A stretch of DNA of 62,275 nt, filler included, from Sphacelaria rigidula (taxonomy: Eukaryota): assembly GCA_964200075.2 (NCBI GenBank). It is 10 parts of 10 records of this genome, joined end to end, with 100 filler letters (N's around TTAATTAATTAA, not from the genome) between each part and the next. Parts side by side here need not be neighbours in the genome. Positions count along the whole stretch, not along the records: positions 31,191 to 37,327 come from CAXNAA020021993.1; positions 37,428 to 43,564 come from CAXNAA020021994.1; positions 43,665 to 49,801 come from CAXNAA020021995.1; positions 49,902 to 56,038 come from CAXNAA020021996.1; 6 more parts are not named here. The stretch is one strand, 5' to 3'. A program made the translations under genes and the position numbers. The stretch's first letter is position 1. Every line of letters begins with the position of its first letter. Shown in pieces: positions 36,576 to 50,200 of this stretch. The notes under the pieces were generated by a model that was not told the DNA's origin, did not search any database, and worked only from the letters and a program-made list of their open reading frames with translations.

Positions 36576-37877
36576 ACAACGGTTAGCATTTCAAAGGGTT
36601 AGGGATATCTCGAATGGATTTGAAAAAAAGCAACATCCTAACCCATATTCTTGCGTAGTTGCTAATTGTAGGAGCCCATGAATGTGAAACCCCTACCGTA
36701 GCATCACTCCACGGTGAGATCAGATGGTGTTGTGTGTATCGTGCTAGAGGGCGAAGAGTTCATATAAGCAGAACTCGATATGTCATGACTGTGGTTTACA
36801 TGCAGCCATGGGTATCGAAACCTGCTCAACTTGTTAGGAGACATGGACTACGTTTTGTGCTTGAGAAATATATATATTTTGTTTCGAGGGGGGCACTCAT
36901 GGTGCAGCGCCGTGTCTTTCAGCTGTCAGATCATCACTCGCGCGTTCCCAACGGTACGGAGCACCGCTGGTGGAGATATTCAGTCTTGTCTTCGTAACGG
37001 GTGTATATGTATAGGGCACACCATGCTTCGTTTGTATGTTGCGTGCGGTGCTTTGCAAAAATGTCGCCTGTTTTGCCGTGCAACATGAGGCTAATTTTGC
37101 ATTGTCGCTTGAGTCTCCTCGCTATAGTAATGGCGAGCTGCAGCTGTAGTGCGTTACACGCGACAAGAGAGGCGAATAATTTGATAAATTCGCAGCGGTC
37201 TGTGTGTTCCGTCAGTTTACGTTGTGGATAATTAACGGAAGTTAGGGCGAGGGTGGAAGGGGGGGGGGGTGTATCCATGATCATGCATACCATAGTCATA
37301 AGACCATTGATCTCGCATCCCGACAAANNNNNNNNNNNNNNNNNNNNNNNNNNNNNNNNNNNNNNNNNNNNTTAATTAATTAANNNNNNNNNNNNNNNNN
37401 NNNNNNNNNNNNNNNNNNNNNNNNNNNACTCATTTTTAATTTTCCACTGAGGCCCTCGATACCCCTGAGTAGGATATCAACGTGTAGCTGTAAGCACATA
37501 GCAGTGATGAGACGACGGAAAGCACATACGGAATGAAAAATTCACCAAGGTAAAACGAGTGATCAAAGCCACTCTCAATCCGCACCCAACTCTCAATCTC
37601 ACGAAAACCTTGCTAGAAGTCCTTGACCGGGACGTGGTCATTTTCCATTGAGCTAAATCATGTGTGTGTCGATGCTTGCGTATGTATGTGTCCCAAAATA
37701 CATGTAGCATTATGTCCTCCTGGCGATTTATTCTAGTGCCTCCTTGGGTATGACGCTGCTCGAGTTTTTCCCCATCTGATTTTTCTTCTATGATGCTGAA
37801 GCTAATTCTTTTAATAGCGTGGGAATGTGCTATCTGTAGCTCGTCACTTCAATGAAGTTTCCCCCGTCCCCCCTACC

Positions 37878-38440
37878 GGTGCTCCGTCTCGAAGAGATGC
37901 GTGGTCAACGGTCGAACGACTAAGGCAAGCAATAAATGAGTACGCCCCCCCCCCCCTACCGTAGGAACCTCCGATGGGGTTGGCATCGGTTGGCGATGAC
38001 GCTGTAAAACATGCCACTCACTGCGTAGGCTAGGCAACCAGGTTACCGAATTTTCTTTACACGCTTGCGTTTTTTTTTGCGGTAACCATGATGGTAGTCG
38101 CGCTAGATCATATTGTGCACGGTGGGAGAAACTGAACTCCACGGAAAGATGATTATTCTACGCAGTGTTTAAATAGTGAGACACCCATGAGGCAGTGTAA
38201 AAGCTGTGGCTGTCTCTGGAAGTGGCGATACCGGAAAATGAAGGAACTCATTATAGGCTGTCATCCAAATGCAAGACAATAAGTAGGCTTTGGGCGGAAC
38301 AATCTCAGCAGGATGCTGCTCACCCTCCATGCGACTCGCGGAACACACCACCGCGCTTCGCGCTTGGTGATTGATCGTGAGCCTGGTCCGGCGAAGACCC
38401 GGCGTGCTCCGTTCTGGCGTTGTAGGGATGCGCGGTCAAT
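37878..38440 (+). mobile_element. LINE 3' end (last codons plus 3' UTR)
   Basis: GGTGCTCCGTCTCGAAG...CTAAGGCAAGCAATAAATGA is shared with the copies at 18420 and 32373. Confidence 0.8.
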
Positions 38441-38703
38441 GGTCATATGACTATGGGATGCGAGAGTACACCCCCCAAAATAGGAGAGATGTTTTTGCGT
38501 ACGGTTCCCCCGGCAATCTTTTCTCCTCCGACCGCGGGTCTGAACCAGACGGCTGATGTGATGACGAAAACATAAAATGCGGAAGTTTGTGGCGTTGCTT
38601 GTTTGGTCTTATAGTGCACACGAGTACTCCTGCAGTACCAGCAGTACGATACACACCCGTAAGGTTTGTGTTCACAATGGTCAACTAGTCTGTCGAGGGC
38701 GTC

Positions 38704-39000
38704 ACTGATTGATGCACGGATGGGTACGGATGGGTGGGTTAATTGATTTGGTTTGATTGTCGCACTCTAACTGACCCCCCCCCCCCCCCGGGATCCAGCC
38801 GTGGTCAGACGATGGAGGTACCCGAGACAAAACAAAACTGTGACACTCGCTAAATAAAAAAAGAGAAACAGTAAAGGTAGAATAGAACACCATATTAGAC
38901 CGCGACATAAAAAATAAGATGAAGGAGATGAAAAGACAAGGAAGAAATTGTCGGCCTCTGCCACATGGTTTCGGCGGAAATTATTGTGCATGGACTGATT
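38704..39000 (-). mobile_element. Retroposon family C copy
   Basis: Reverse complement aligns with 31601-31938. Confidence 0.65.
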
Positions 39001-39132
39001 TGCTGTGAGTTCAGGCGTGGTGACGAAACATAGACGTATTTCATCGATCGCTTTGACGGAAACAGTCGCCGTAGGAAATTCGAAAAGAACAAAGAAGAGG
39101 AAAAAAAGGAATTAATGGAATGAACAAGAGTC

Positions 39133-39377
39133 ATGCTACGGTAGGGGATGCACGCTCGGGCCCAAATCTTTCTCATTCAGGGGCTCCCGAAGATGGCGGG
39201 TACCCAAGAATATCGGTAAAGACATTCGCGTTTTTATTTTTTGGGGGGAAATGACGATCCCATTGGAATGCTTATCGTGGTGTGCTCCCACATGTTTCGT
39301 AAGTCTTTCGGGGGGTGAGATGGAGGGCTCATAACGATTCGAAGCTCGGATAATTTTGTGCACCCCTACCGTAGCAT
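39133..39377. mobile_element. MITE-like element
   Basis: 15-bp perfect inverted repeat ATGCTACGGTAGGGG; the same terminus also occurs at about 13035 and 36690; no TSD identified. Confidence 0.6.
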
Positions 39378-40076
39378 CCATCACCCACAAAATGAAGTGA
39401 TACCAATGCCAGCTTGAGAACAGCTACCGGTCGCGGGCATAACCCCTTACAGGCCCCTCCCGGGTTGGAGGCCGTATGTAAAATCACAAGGTCGCGGGAG
39501 TAAGTTGCGATTCAGCTATCTCGAGACTTGATGATGATCATGGTTACACGGGACCTTCATTTCAGACGCAAAATCATGCAGAAAGGAGACAGATACTCGT
39601 ACCAAACACTTGTCAACACGGCAGGCCGAAAGGAATGAACGGAAAGAAAAAGAAAAACGTTTTGATTCATTATTTTCTCATGTGTGACTCTCACTCACTC
39701 ACTCAACTAATCAGTTCAGAGTTGGGCTCTGATATTCATCTGCTGCCGTGGAAAGGAAATTGAGCGTGTCAACCGCAGGAAGACCCCTCTTGCTTTCCGT
39801 AAACCAAACAAATATGTGCCGAAGATCGAAGCCCCCGAAGTCCTCCTCGGTTAGCCTGCTCCGGTACACCTGTGACGCGTCACTTCACAGTCCCGCGACC
39901 AACACGTGAAATCTGTCTTGGTTACCAAAAAATGGAACTCCGTGTAAGGGGTGCTGCTGACCACCTCATGTCCAAGTGGCGGCCATTGACGTCAACAACC
40001 AAACCATCGCCCGAAATCTTGCCGATCTGTCGGGGAACACACCCGATACACACAACGTCGACGGAAAGCGGGTTGA

Positions 40077-40334
<258 letters not shown>

Positions 40335-42288
40335 ACTTTTTTTTTTTCAGATAGTGCATTGGAGGTCTCCCTCAGTGTTGAACGAAGCTGTTTTCGATGA
40401 TTTGTTGAAGGCGGAAACGCAGCGATTAGTAATCATGCTGTTCGATCATTGGCGGGCAAAGAAACGCTGAGGGCGGGGACGGGGGCGGGGGGGGTAAGGG
40501 GAGAACCAAGGTGATGATGGATATGTCGTTGCGGCTTTGTGAAACGTACTTTGAGTGCTTCTTTGTTTCCGTTTGGTGATGGGGGTGAGGGTTAGGAAAA
40601 TGTTTTACTTCCAGACGCGATACGATTCCACCCAAAGTCGAGTTTTGTGCTGCCATTGTAGAATGAGACGCGACAAGGCTGGCTGGCTGCCGAAACGATG
40701 AGTGTGCTCGAGATATGGTCTGCCATCCTCATTTTTCAACTTTTCACGAGCAAGTGCGAGTTCGGTTCCACTGCGTGCTGGTACGAGGCAGACGCCAAGG
40801 CATTTCTACCCTTATCGGCCCTCATACCTGTGTTATGGGTCTTGAGATGAACAGGATGAAGACTAGAATAAAATGGGATACAGGAGATTACACGCTACGA
40901 TATGTTTGTTGGAGTCAAAAGCAACAGCAACAGTGCATGGTTTTAGACGTGTTGATAGTGCAGTGCAGTGCACTGTCATCATGCCATGGACATTGATGTA
41001 TTGTATGCTCCAGCCGGGGTCCATGGTTTTCGTTGCCAGTACCGGCTGCGGTGATCCGTAGCTAATGAGTGAGCGGCTGCGTCCCATAATAGACAGAGCG
41101 ACGAACCTGCTGTCTCGTCCATGTCTCCCTACTCTTTCTCGAAAGTGAAATCTCCGTTGCGTCGGCTGGGGGATCGGGTGCCACAAGACGATTCATCCTT
41201 ATTTTTTTGTTGAGATTTGTTTTTGTACCGCGCGACGTTATTCATGTTGTCTTTCCCGTTGTTTTTCGTTGCCCTTCCTCCGTTGTGGTCTCTTCTCCGT
41301 CTTAGAATATATACGAGTGTTGGCCGGGGAACCCGCTGATTACACTGTTGTAAGCCTTTTATTGTTAAAAGGGGGTGTCGAGGTTGTTTTCTCAGGAAAA
41401 CACATACATGAATACTCCCCCCCTCACCGCCCCCCCCGCGCTCGCCGCCGTGTAATATTTTCTCAGAAGACATGTAACTGTCAGCTCCAACATTGCGCCT
41501 GAGAAGCAGACAGATGACCGTGTGCGATAAGCTCCCGCTCACTGTCCTACACTTTTGCGTCTCCTCTTGTCTCTGTCCCTGTAACGTTCATGCGTTAACT
41601 GTCTGTGCGTGATTTTTTACACATGAATTGTTGCGAAGTGTTTCCTAAGCTATTAGTAGCCAGTCCGGTTGAGGTTCGTCCGATATAACATTCTTTCTAC
41701 ACAGCAGCATCTTCGGCTGCGTCAGCCCTCGTTAGAGCAGTACGGCACAAAGATCATCTGCATCGTGGGATTACCAGATCATCAGCAGCACATGAAGTAG
41801 AAAGTCCGTTGGTGGTCCTTATCCTTGTGCTGACCGCGGGTCGGGTGACAGGGGAACGTGTGATGTGGAACAACGCGACAAAAGACGCTAAAGAATCAAA
41901 TTTCAAAATTATTTTTGACAGGATCGGACCCGTTACCCTGACCCGTGCTACGACCGTTTTACATGTACAAACTGTGGCCCACCTATCCACCCACGACTAC
42001 GGTGGCCTAGCGCGGGGAGCGTACTCGACTCGGTGTCCGCCTGTCGGCGGACACTCGAGGATCAAGAAAAACGATCGTTGCCCTCAAGCATACTTACCGC
42101 GTGTCTTTTTGCTAGCCAAGTTTGGCGGGAAATCACCGTGTCAACCAAGGAAGCCTTATTTACAGTCAGTTGCTGCCACCTCGGAAGGGCAGCAGGTGTA
42201 TTGCTCTCTCCCTCGAGGACAGCAGCAGCACTCAAGTAAGAGTGGCGTCAACTTCAGCGAGTGTTGGTCCTTGTTGGGGTGGGGGTTT

Positions 42289-42878
42289 ATGTCGAGGACA
42301 AACCAAGGCACTATTGCGAACGGTGCGGCAGCGGGATCGGCGGCGTTGCCTGCACCCTGTATAGACGACTTCGACGTGGGACAGGAGCTCGGCAGGGGCG
42401 GCTTCGCAGTAGTCTATCGCGCCCGCGTACGAGTGTCAGGGCTGGAGGTCGCCCTGAAGGTGGTGGACAAACATCGAGCATGTGAGCTAGCAGCCGGCGG
42501 TGGAGGCGGGGGGGGTTCAAGCGGGACAGCTGATAGTGGAGTCGGAGCAGCGTGTGCGCGTATCGCCAGCGAAGTGCGGTTGCATTGGGGCCTGAAACAC
42601 CCGTCTATAGTGGAACTCTTCGACTTTTTCGAAGATGACCGCTTTGTGTACATGGTGCTGGAGCTGTGCGGGGGCGGCGACCTCTATAGGATGTTGCGCA
42701 TGCGGGGACGGTTGCGAGAGGGAGAGGCCGCAGGTTACATGGGGCAGCTACTCGCAGGATTGGCTTATCTGCATGAGCGGGGCATCATGCATCGGGACCT
42801 GAAGTTATCGAACTTGCTGTTGTCGCAGGATGGACACAGGCTGAGGATTGCTGATTTTGGACTTGCGGTGGCCTTAAA
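42289..42878 (+). CDS. PLK4: Polo-like kinase, PLK4/SAK-like, first exon (subdomains I-VII)
   Basis: IDDFDVGQELGRGGFAVVYRA, GLEVALKVVDK, EVRLHWGLKHPSIVELFDFFED, HRDLKLSNLLL, IADFGLA, then |gtgagt. Kinase identity is near certain; the subfamily is less so. Confidence 0.75.
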
Positions 42879-43304
42879 GTGAGTAGTGCGGGAGGCAAGT
42901 CAAAGGTTGCTCTTGCTTTCTTGCTTATCTTGTTGGATCATTGTCTGCACGTCATTGAGAGAGCACCATCTGATCAGTGTCACCGGAGGGATCGATCTCC
43001 GATGACCAATCGCTTACTTCAAAGGTGGCTGTGTAGAAAGTTTCCTCTGACCTGCCTATATGGGGGTGTTATCGGGCGTGTACACAGCAATTGTGTTTCA
43101 TGTGGTCCAGTCCAGTCCAGTACAACAGTGAACGACGAAGCAGCACATTGTGGTGGCGAAGTTTCAGGAGTTATGGTGCACTTTTTGGTGCTGGATTCAT
43201 TTGTGTCACATCATGAGAACCTAGTCTTCGTGGTGGGGTTTTGGAGAGCTCGAGCCACGTTGTCCGTCGTCCTCGGTCAACGTTCCGATTTCCCAATGCG
43301 GAAG

Positions 43305-43564
43305 TTTGTGTGTCTTGTCGTCCCATTTATTCTGGGCGCCAGTCTAGACCTTTCGGTAAATGTGGGCGCATCAGCCGGGGTCACACAGGAGGAAAATCAA
43401 GACAGGAGTTTTTTTTTCTTTGTTTTTAATACTCCACCTTCCTTCCTTCTGCGGTGCTTGCCTTTTATTTTTATCGCGAGAGGGGTGCAGCAGTCCCTTT
43501 CCCTCGTCGACCGTTAAGTCGAATTTTGTGTACCCACGACGTGGTCGCTCTCCACTGTTGAGCA
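43305..43564 (-). mobile_element. SINE family A copy cut by the contig end
   Basis: Reverse complement aligns with 1040-1300. Confidence 0.85.
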
Positions 43565-45688
43565 NNNNNNNNNNNNNNNNNNNNNNNNNNNNNNNNNNNN
43601 NNNNNNNNTTAATTAATTAANNNNNNNNNNNNNNNNNNNNNNNNNNNNNNNNNNNNNNNNNNNNAGCCCCATATTTTGTATGAACCCCAAAATATAAAAT
43701 CGGCTGTTATATGTTTTATATCGATTACCCCAGCGGGTATGTACGTAAATGCACTGTATGCAAACTAGGAACAATTATCATTTTCCGTAACAGGTGTTTG
43801 TCGGTGGATCGAATACTTGCGTATGCTACGTGAACCCTAGCTTATGAAGTAGGTATCCATAGAACTCCGTGTCTCTGCGATTTCCAAGTGGCAACTCTGA
43901 GTTCACCATTGGAAAGAAAGCGCTTGCAGGTTACCTGGCATTTTTTATTCCGTATTTTCTGCCGGTAACTGAGTGGTGTTACGAAACAAAGACGCGACGA
44001 CAACGACGACGACGATGACAACGTAAATATAATTATGTAAATACCAATGAAGTGCACCAATGATGCAATCACTGCTTTACGTGTAACATGCAGTAAAATG
44101 TACACCATGTAAGCAAGCGTACTGTGCTGTTGCAGTACGAGGGCCACAGGGCTCGGGTTCGCGAGCAATAGCGATATGCGGCGAGGCCGCCGTGCTCACT
44201 ACGTTATTTTTAGTGGTTGTTTCAACCGCTTCGTGTGCATGCTCAAACTCTTGAGACGACGATGACGATATTTCTATCCACACAGCACTTATTGCTGAGA
44301 TGACACCACTTGCTTTGGATATAGTTTACACAAACCACATACCTACCGCAGTGCACCGAGAAAAAAGACAGCGAAACACTGAGTACTATAACCTGTAGCG
44401 ATACATTTAAAATGATGAGACCGACGTAAATAAAAGACAAGCCCACAAGCAGCGATACACTGCTACTAACTACTGTGTGCGCTCAAAAGCATAACTTCAG
44501 CCTCAAACCATAGCTACTTGCATGCCATACCTGCACTTGTACTGGAAGTTCATGTTGGGCAGTACACCGTGAGTTCTGTGCGCGCTGTGCAACCACGTTC
44601 GAGACCTCATGATGGAGAAATACCATCTGTATTAGGGAGGGGTATGCGTTTGGAACACGTCATGCAATCGTCATTTGGTGTGCTACGGCATGTAAAAGTT
44701 TAGCCGGAGTTGTTGAAGGAAGTGGCTATGGATACGTTCCATAGGCTAATGCCGATAGGATTGTGATACGCTTCTCCTGGCGCTCCACCATTTATTGTTC
44801 TGTGAGGGACGGTAAGAAGCGCGACACTTGGTCGTACAAGCATACATAAACAACAACTTAGCCGAAAAAACTGCTTCAAGGTGATGTGTTCTGCAGTCGC
44901 GACGCGTAGGGCAGAAATATTGAGTGAGTCATAGGTCAACTGTTGTCGAGCCTGATACGCGTCATTCCGTACGCGAAATATGATGTATTGTTCACTGATC
45001 GCATATTATCCGTTACGAACGCAGCCAAGCAAGTTAGTCGCACGGAATACGTACCCAACGAATATGAACGGCGACCACGACACTACGACACCGTTTCAAA
45101 TATTTTCAAGACGGGATTCTGAAAAATGAGGTTGAACACAAAAATGGGGTTCAAGTTGCCTTCTAAAAAGTCACATGCAACGTGAAACAGTTTTGCAAAA
45201 ACAGTGAACTGAAAATTTTATTGTCTGTACTGAAACTTTCCCTACCTTGCCTTGTCGCGCATATGTATATCCTTCACACATTCGAAACGGCTCTCACCAG
45301 GTGAGCGGGGGATGCTTTCGTCGACTTCCTTCGGGTTTCACCAAAACTTGCTCCGCGGAGTTCAGTCGAACTCTCTTTGAACGATAAAAAAAAAAAGACT
45401 AGTCTCATGAGAAGAAAAGTGCTGCCGTCGGTGTTTCATGAGGAAATTGCCGTTGCTGGAAACATTTCATAGATGTAAAAATAGGATGTTTTAGGGGTGG
45501 GGAACTCCCTGCCCCTTGGGAATTTCCCTTGAACGCGACCAAAACCCCGGCACCATTTTCTCCCAAGATGAGGCAATCGAATGCACAGAGCCTTCCCTCA
45601 CCGGGTGACGGCCGTTTCGAATGCACTAAAAAGGGAGTTATAGGACGCCGGAGCAACAATACGCGACAAGGCAAGCCAGAAAAGTTTC

Positions 45689-45880
45689 CAAGGGCAGGTC
45701 GGGTAGGATATATCCAATACTCAACTCGGTATTTTTTAAAAGTCATACTGTCAGTACCTGAACATCGGGGTAGAGTATTGAAATCGTACCCAACCTACCC
45801 AAAATTTGAGTGGAGTATTTACATCATACCCGGCATATACCCAAATTTTGTGTAGAGTATTGAGATCATACTACCCACAC
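45689..45880 (+). mobile_element. Diverged left part of the 28999-29447 MITE family
   Basis: CAAGGGCAGGTCGGGTAG terminus plus GTAGAGTATTGAGATCATAC repeats. Confidence 0.65.
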
Positions 45881-46373
45881 GCAGCCATTTGACTACCCGC
45901 CAAAATCCCTCCACACCAACATCTGCCGCTCGAGAGGGGGGGGAAACTCTGGAGGCTGTAGCCAAAATACACCAAGGCGTACTAGATGTAGCATGTAGGA
46001 TCCTGGATGATGACCAGGGGACAAGGGCATCCTGTGGATGATGACCCTTACAGGCCGCGGCTGCTTACTTCGTGAATGGAAGCTCTAAGACAAGTTCTTA
46101 TCGATCGTGAGGCCAGTGGATTCTAGAAAAGCCCCTCACTGAATAGCCCTCTTGTCCAGATCGTCTGGCAGAGGCCATAATATCTAGATATTATTCTTCT
46201 GGCACGCTGTTAGAGGAGTTTTGGCTGAGGAGAGATTGGACTGCAGCATAGAGCCAGTCCAACCCACAAAGGGAAGACAGCTTACAGCGCACAGCGTTTG
46301 GAGGAACACACTCCGCTGGAGGGACGCTCAAGTAAAGCAAGAGTATATCCGTGATTTTTGAGTCATAGAGATC

Positions 46374-49300
46374 ATGGCTCAAGCGACAACGATGCCGCTG
46401 GTTTGGGATAAACCGTTAAAAACGTCAAAGTATGACGAGCGTAAGCAACAGAAACAGCTGCCGACTTCGCGAGCGTTGTTCACTCGCGTATGTTACAATT
46501 ATAGCGACCATGGGCATATTATAAGATTTTGCCCCGAGCCTCGCGCTAAAGGCGCTGCGCAAGGAAATGCGCGAGATGGGTCAAGATCTCGAGGCGATCG
46601 TTATGGCGGACAAGGTATGAGCAACCAGAGATACGGGTGCAGAGACAGGGGCCAAAAACGAAACCAAGCGACGGAGAAGTGTAATTCCGCCGCTACTGTA
46701 TCCCTAAATGCGTTTTCAAGTGATGACGCTAGATCTCTAGGTTCGTCTGTGTCGGGGCGGCTAACATATGTGGGAGGAGATAATACTTTGGTGGGGAGTG
46801 CTGGAGCGGAAGGCTCGCAACCCATAGGCCCGGCAGGATTTGTGTCGGGTGTATCTTCCACTGTTGCGACGAATACAAAAGCATCGATGTCAAGTGCTGG
46901 AGCGCTGCCTTGGCGTCAAGTGACTCTAGGTACTAACCAGAGTTTTTCTTCGGCAGGGTTGTGCCTGTCGACCGCAGCGCAGAATGTTTGCGCGCTGATC
47001 TATCTATATCCGGCTCTATTGGTTCTTTTATGGCTCGAGTTTTTCTCGACTCTGGATCAGCAATCACATCAATAAGTGTGGGGTTGCTGCAACAGCTGTC
47101 TTTACAGTTTGGGGACGCCCAGCTAAAGCAACCATTTGATAATGGGCCGCAAATGGCACAGAGCGCCACGGGTGCGCCCGTGACTATTTCTCATAAAACG
47201 GTGCCTATTGCTGTAAGCGTGCGAACGCCGTGGGGTGCTGTGGAGATGTCACCAATCACTTTCGCGGTCATACCTGGCAACGACAACGTGGTGTTGTTTG
47301 GCATGGCGACTATGAAGGAACTCGGGGTAGATTTGTATCCGCTGGCTTTGGAAAAGTTACGCCCGCGTGCTGTGCCGGTGCAGATCGGCATTAACAACCC
47401 TGGTTATCTTCCGGCTAGGCGGGTGATCGTCCCTGAGTGGTCATTTCAAAGTGAGAGTCAGAAGGATACAGGTGGAGAGGAAGAGGAAGCCCCTGAGAGT
47501 GGAGCCGTACCGCCTATGAGGGTGCAGCCACAGTCACAGGCGCGGCTGCGAAGGCCCAGCCCAATTGCAACGATCCGGTGAAGGCCGGGTGGCTAGCTTC
47601 GTGCATTGCAGTTTTGATGGCGTTTGGGTTACTGTACTGCAGTTTGCAGTCAAGCTTGAAAAGAGCGGCGATGGAAATGCCGGAAAATTTCTGCTCGCGA
47701 GGGGTGAGCAAATCCAAGGTGGGGGCGCACATTCCCCCTCCCCACGAGGATATGGTGCATGGTGGGGATAAGGTGCATGGTACTCGCCCGGAGGAGGTGA
47801 TAGAATTCAATTTCCTCAGCGATGGAGCGAGTGGTCAGCTGGAAAATGTTGGGTTGGACGACGGAGATCCGACCCAAGATCATTTGGCGATCAAAGACGA
47901 TGTGAGCAACTTCGTGTGGTTGGAGCCCGCAAAGTCTAGTATGGAGGCGAAGAAGGTGGAGCATTTTCTGACATGGTTCAAAGCCAAAGCGATGGGATCG
48001 CCGGAGGTATGGGTCGGCGATACGGGATGGCATGTGAAGAATTGTGCGGTGAGAGCGTTTAATAAGGCGTTGATGGATCGTAGTTTTCGGATGTTCAACT
48101 TGCCGTTGTCCCGTCGTAAATGTAAGCGAATGATGCGTGATATTGCTCATATGATGTCAGGTCAGGTGCTTAATGAGGATGGTGTGGTGCCCTCGAGAGC
48201 TGTTGCTATGCGGGACTGTATGGTTGCTCCCGTTCCACCTCTCGTTTCGCCAAAAAAGCGTCTGAAACAGGAGAAATCGTCGATGCGCAAGCTTCTGTGA
48301 AGGCAGAGTGTTTGTTGCATTGGTTCGGCGGTAAGGATATGCTGTTTGGTGGCATGTTGAGATTCACCATGGGGGTGCTAGAGGTGGCTGCTAGGAGCTA
48401 CCGTACGACAGGAATTGTTGCTCTACGGTGTGCAGAAGGTGGTGGTTTCAGTGCTACTACTTCGCAGGAGCGGACTGAAAGCCTACAAAGCTGGGATCAC
48501 CTGAGATGAGTGATATAGTGGTGAGCTCCGGATTGGATATTGTTGAGGAGCAAGTACTTGTAAGGGTACTTGTTGAGCATGAGACAACACAAGATGACTG
48601 GTATTTCCGAATCGTTTTCTGACGATTAGAGGGTGTTATAGTGTGCTTTTTGGGTTATATTTGTGTTGCTGTTCGCGCATGAAGCACGACAGTAGAGCGG
48701 GTGTGCTCGTGTTGTGTTCGCTGGAAAATGCCAGTGTACGCGTGGAATTTAGTATGCGTGTGTGTGCTGCTCTGAATAGCATGCATGATGCATGGTTTGT
48801 GCAAGACGGGTTGCATTGCGGGTCCTGAGTCAAATATTGGCATGGATGTACGAATTTTTGTATGCTGAGTGGGATCTTGGCATACATGCGTGGAATTTTC
48901 GCTCGAATGCTACTGATGAGCATGGTGTCTGATGACCGTCAGGGTGGGGCAGTTAACAAAATGCTGCTGAATAATGAGCGAAATGTGTCGGCTCGTACTG
49001 ACTGTAGGAGATGGTGACTGCTGCTGATGACGTGAAAATGAGCTGAAATTACGAAATGCGTAGGCTCGTTGTCTGTGAGCAGAGATCACACGAGTTTTCG
49101 TGTGTTTGAGGATCAAAACGAGTATGCACGTATGAAAACTGATCCTTGCCCGTGGCACGTTTTTGGCGATACTGTTTAAGGTATCGCGCCAGGTGAGGTT
49201 GTTCAACTTGATTCTTGTACGTCGGAAGTAGCGAACTTGCCGGGACTAACTTCCTGATGGTTTGCTGTATGTTTGTTATCCCGGATGATTTGTCAAATTT

Positions 49301-49801
49301 CGTTTGGTGATAACCAACCGAGGATTGCACTGCCGATGTTACGGCTGAGTATTTGTTGCAATGGTGCAAGACTTTGGGGGTGCGGCGTGTGTGGGTTAGT
49401 GATACTACCACGCACTTCGAGAACCAAGTACAAGAATCGCGCAGTAGAGTGACGCGCTGGAGGTGCAACACCCATTTGATGTTGCGTATACCCATTGGTC
49501 GAATGGTTCTGAAACAATGGTCATGTTATTGTTTTGGTCGATTGAGATGGGTTCTGTACTGAAGAAAGTACGTAGAAGTCTCTTTAGAAGATAAATATTT
49601 CTGCGCCTGAATTTGTTGCGATAAAATTGCGTAAACTGAGGTTGACTCGGGCGCTAACGAGTGAATCAGCGTCGGAGTATGGCATTTCTTTGTGATTTGG
49701 AGCATGCGAATTCGCCTTGGTTTTTTGTTGGTTGTCAAGCTCGTTCGTTTGTCTTGAAGTCGCTTTGGGGGTGCTGTAGAGTCATCCTACGATAAGGGGG
49801 G
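46374..49801 (+). mobile_element. Decayed, rearranged Ty3/Gypsy LTR retrotransposon
   Basis: Gag zinc-knuckle remnant CYNYSDHGHIIRFC (~46490); aspartic protease FLDSGS (~47045); two integrase-core remnants (47700-48150 DDVSNFVWLEP...VWVGD, and 49150-49500 DDLSNFVW...VWVSD); G-rich tract near the contig end; no RT recognised. Confidence 0.8.
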
Positions 49802-50135
49802 NNNNNNNNNNNNNNNNNNNNNNNNNNNNNNNNNNNNNNNNNNNNTTAATTAATTAANNNNNNNNNNNNNNNNNNNNNNNNNNNNNNNNNNNNNNNNNNN
49901 NTACAATTACGTCGGGGCGTTTCGGGACATCAGGCTCCAGACAGCTGCGGAAGCTGTGCAGCCGCGTCGTTGTTGTCTGTTGTTGTGGTTTTCGCTGTTG
50001 TTGTGTGCTGCTGTTCGTCGCTGCCGTGTCGCCGCTGTGTGTTGCTGCTGCTCGCCGCACGGCTGTGCTGTTTTTCTGTGCTGTTGTTCGTCGTTGCCGC
50101 GCAGCTGCTGTGTGTCGTTGGTTGTTGCTGCTCTG

Positions 50136-50177
<42 letters not shown>

Positions 50178-50200
50178 ATGTTCTTGCTGCTGCTGCTGCT
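50136..50200. repeat. (GTT)n/(GCT)n microsatellites within a low-complexity tract
   Basis: Direct inspection. Confidence 0.9.

Noticed and set aside
41809..42288. N-terminal 160 aa of the listed 357-aa ORF, and likewise 27245-27583 and 59655-59816
   Set aside because: Non-ATG starts and no protein-like signal; treated as open UTR or promoter sequence
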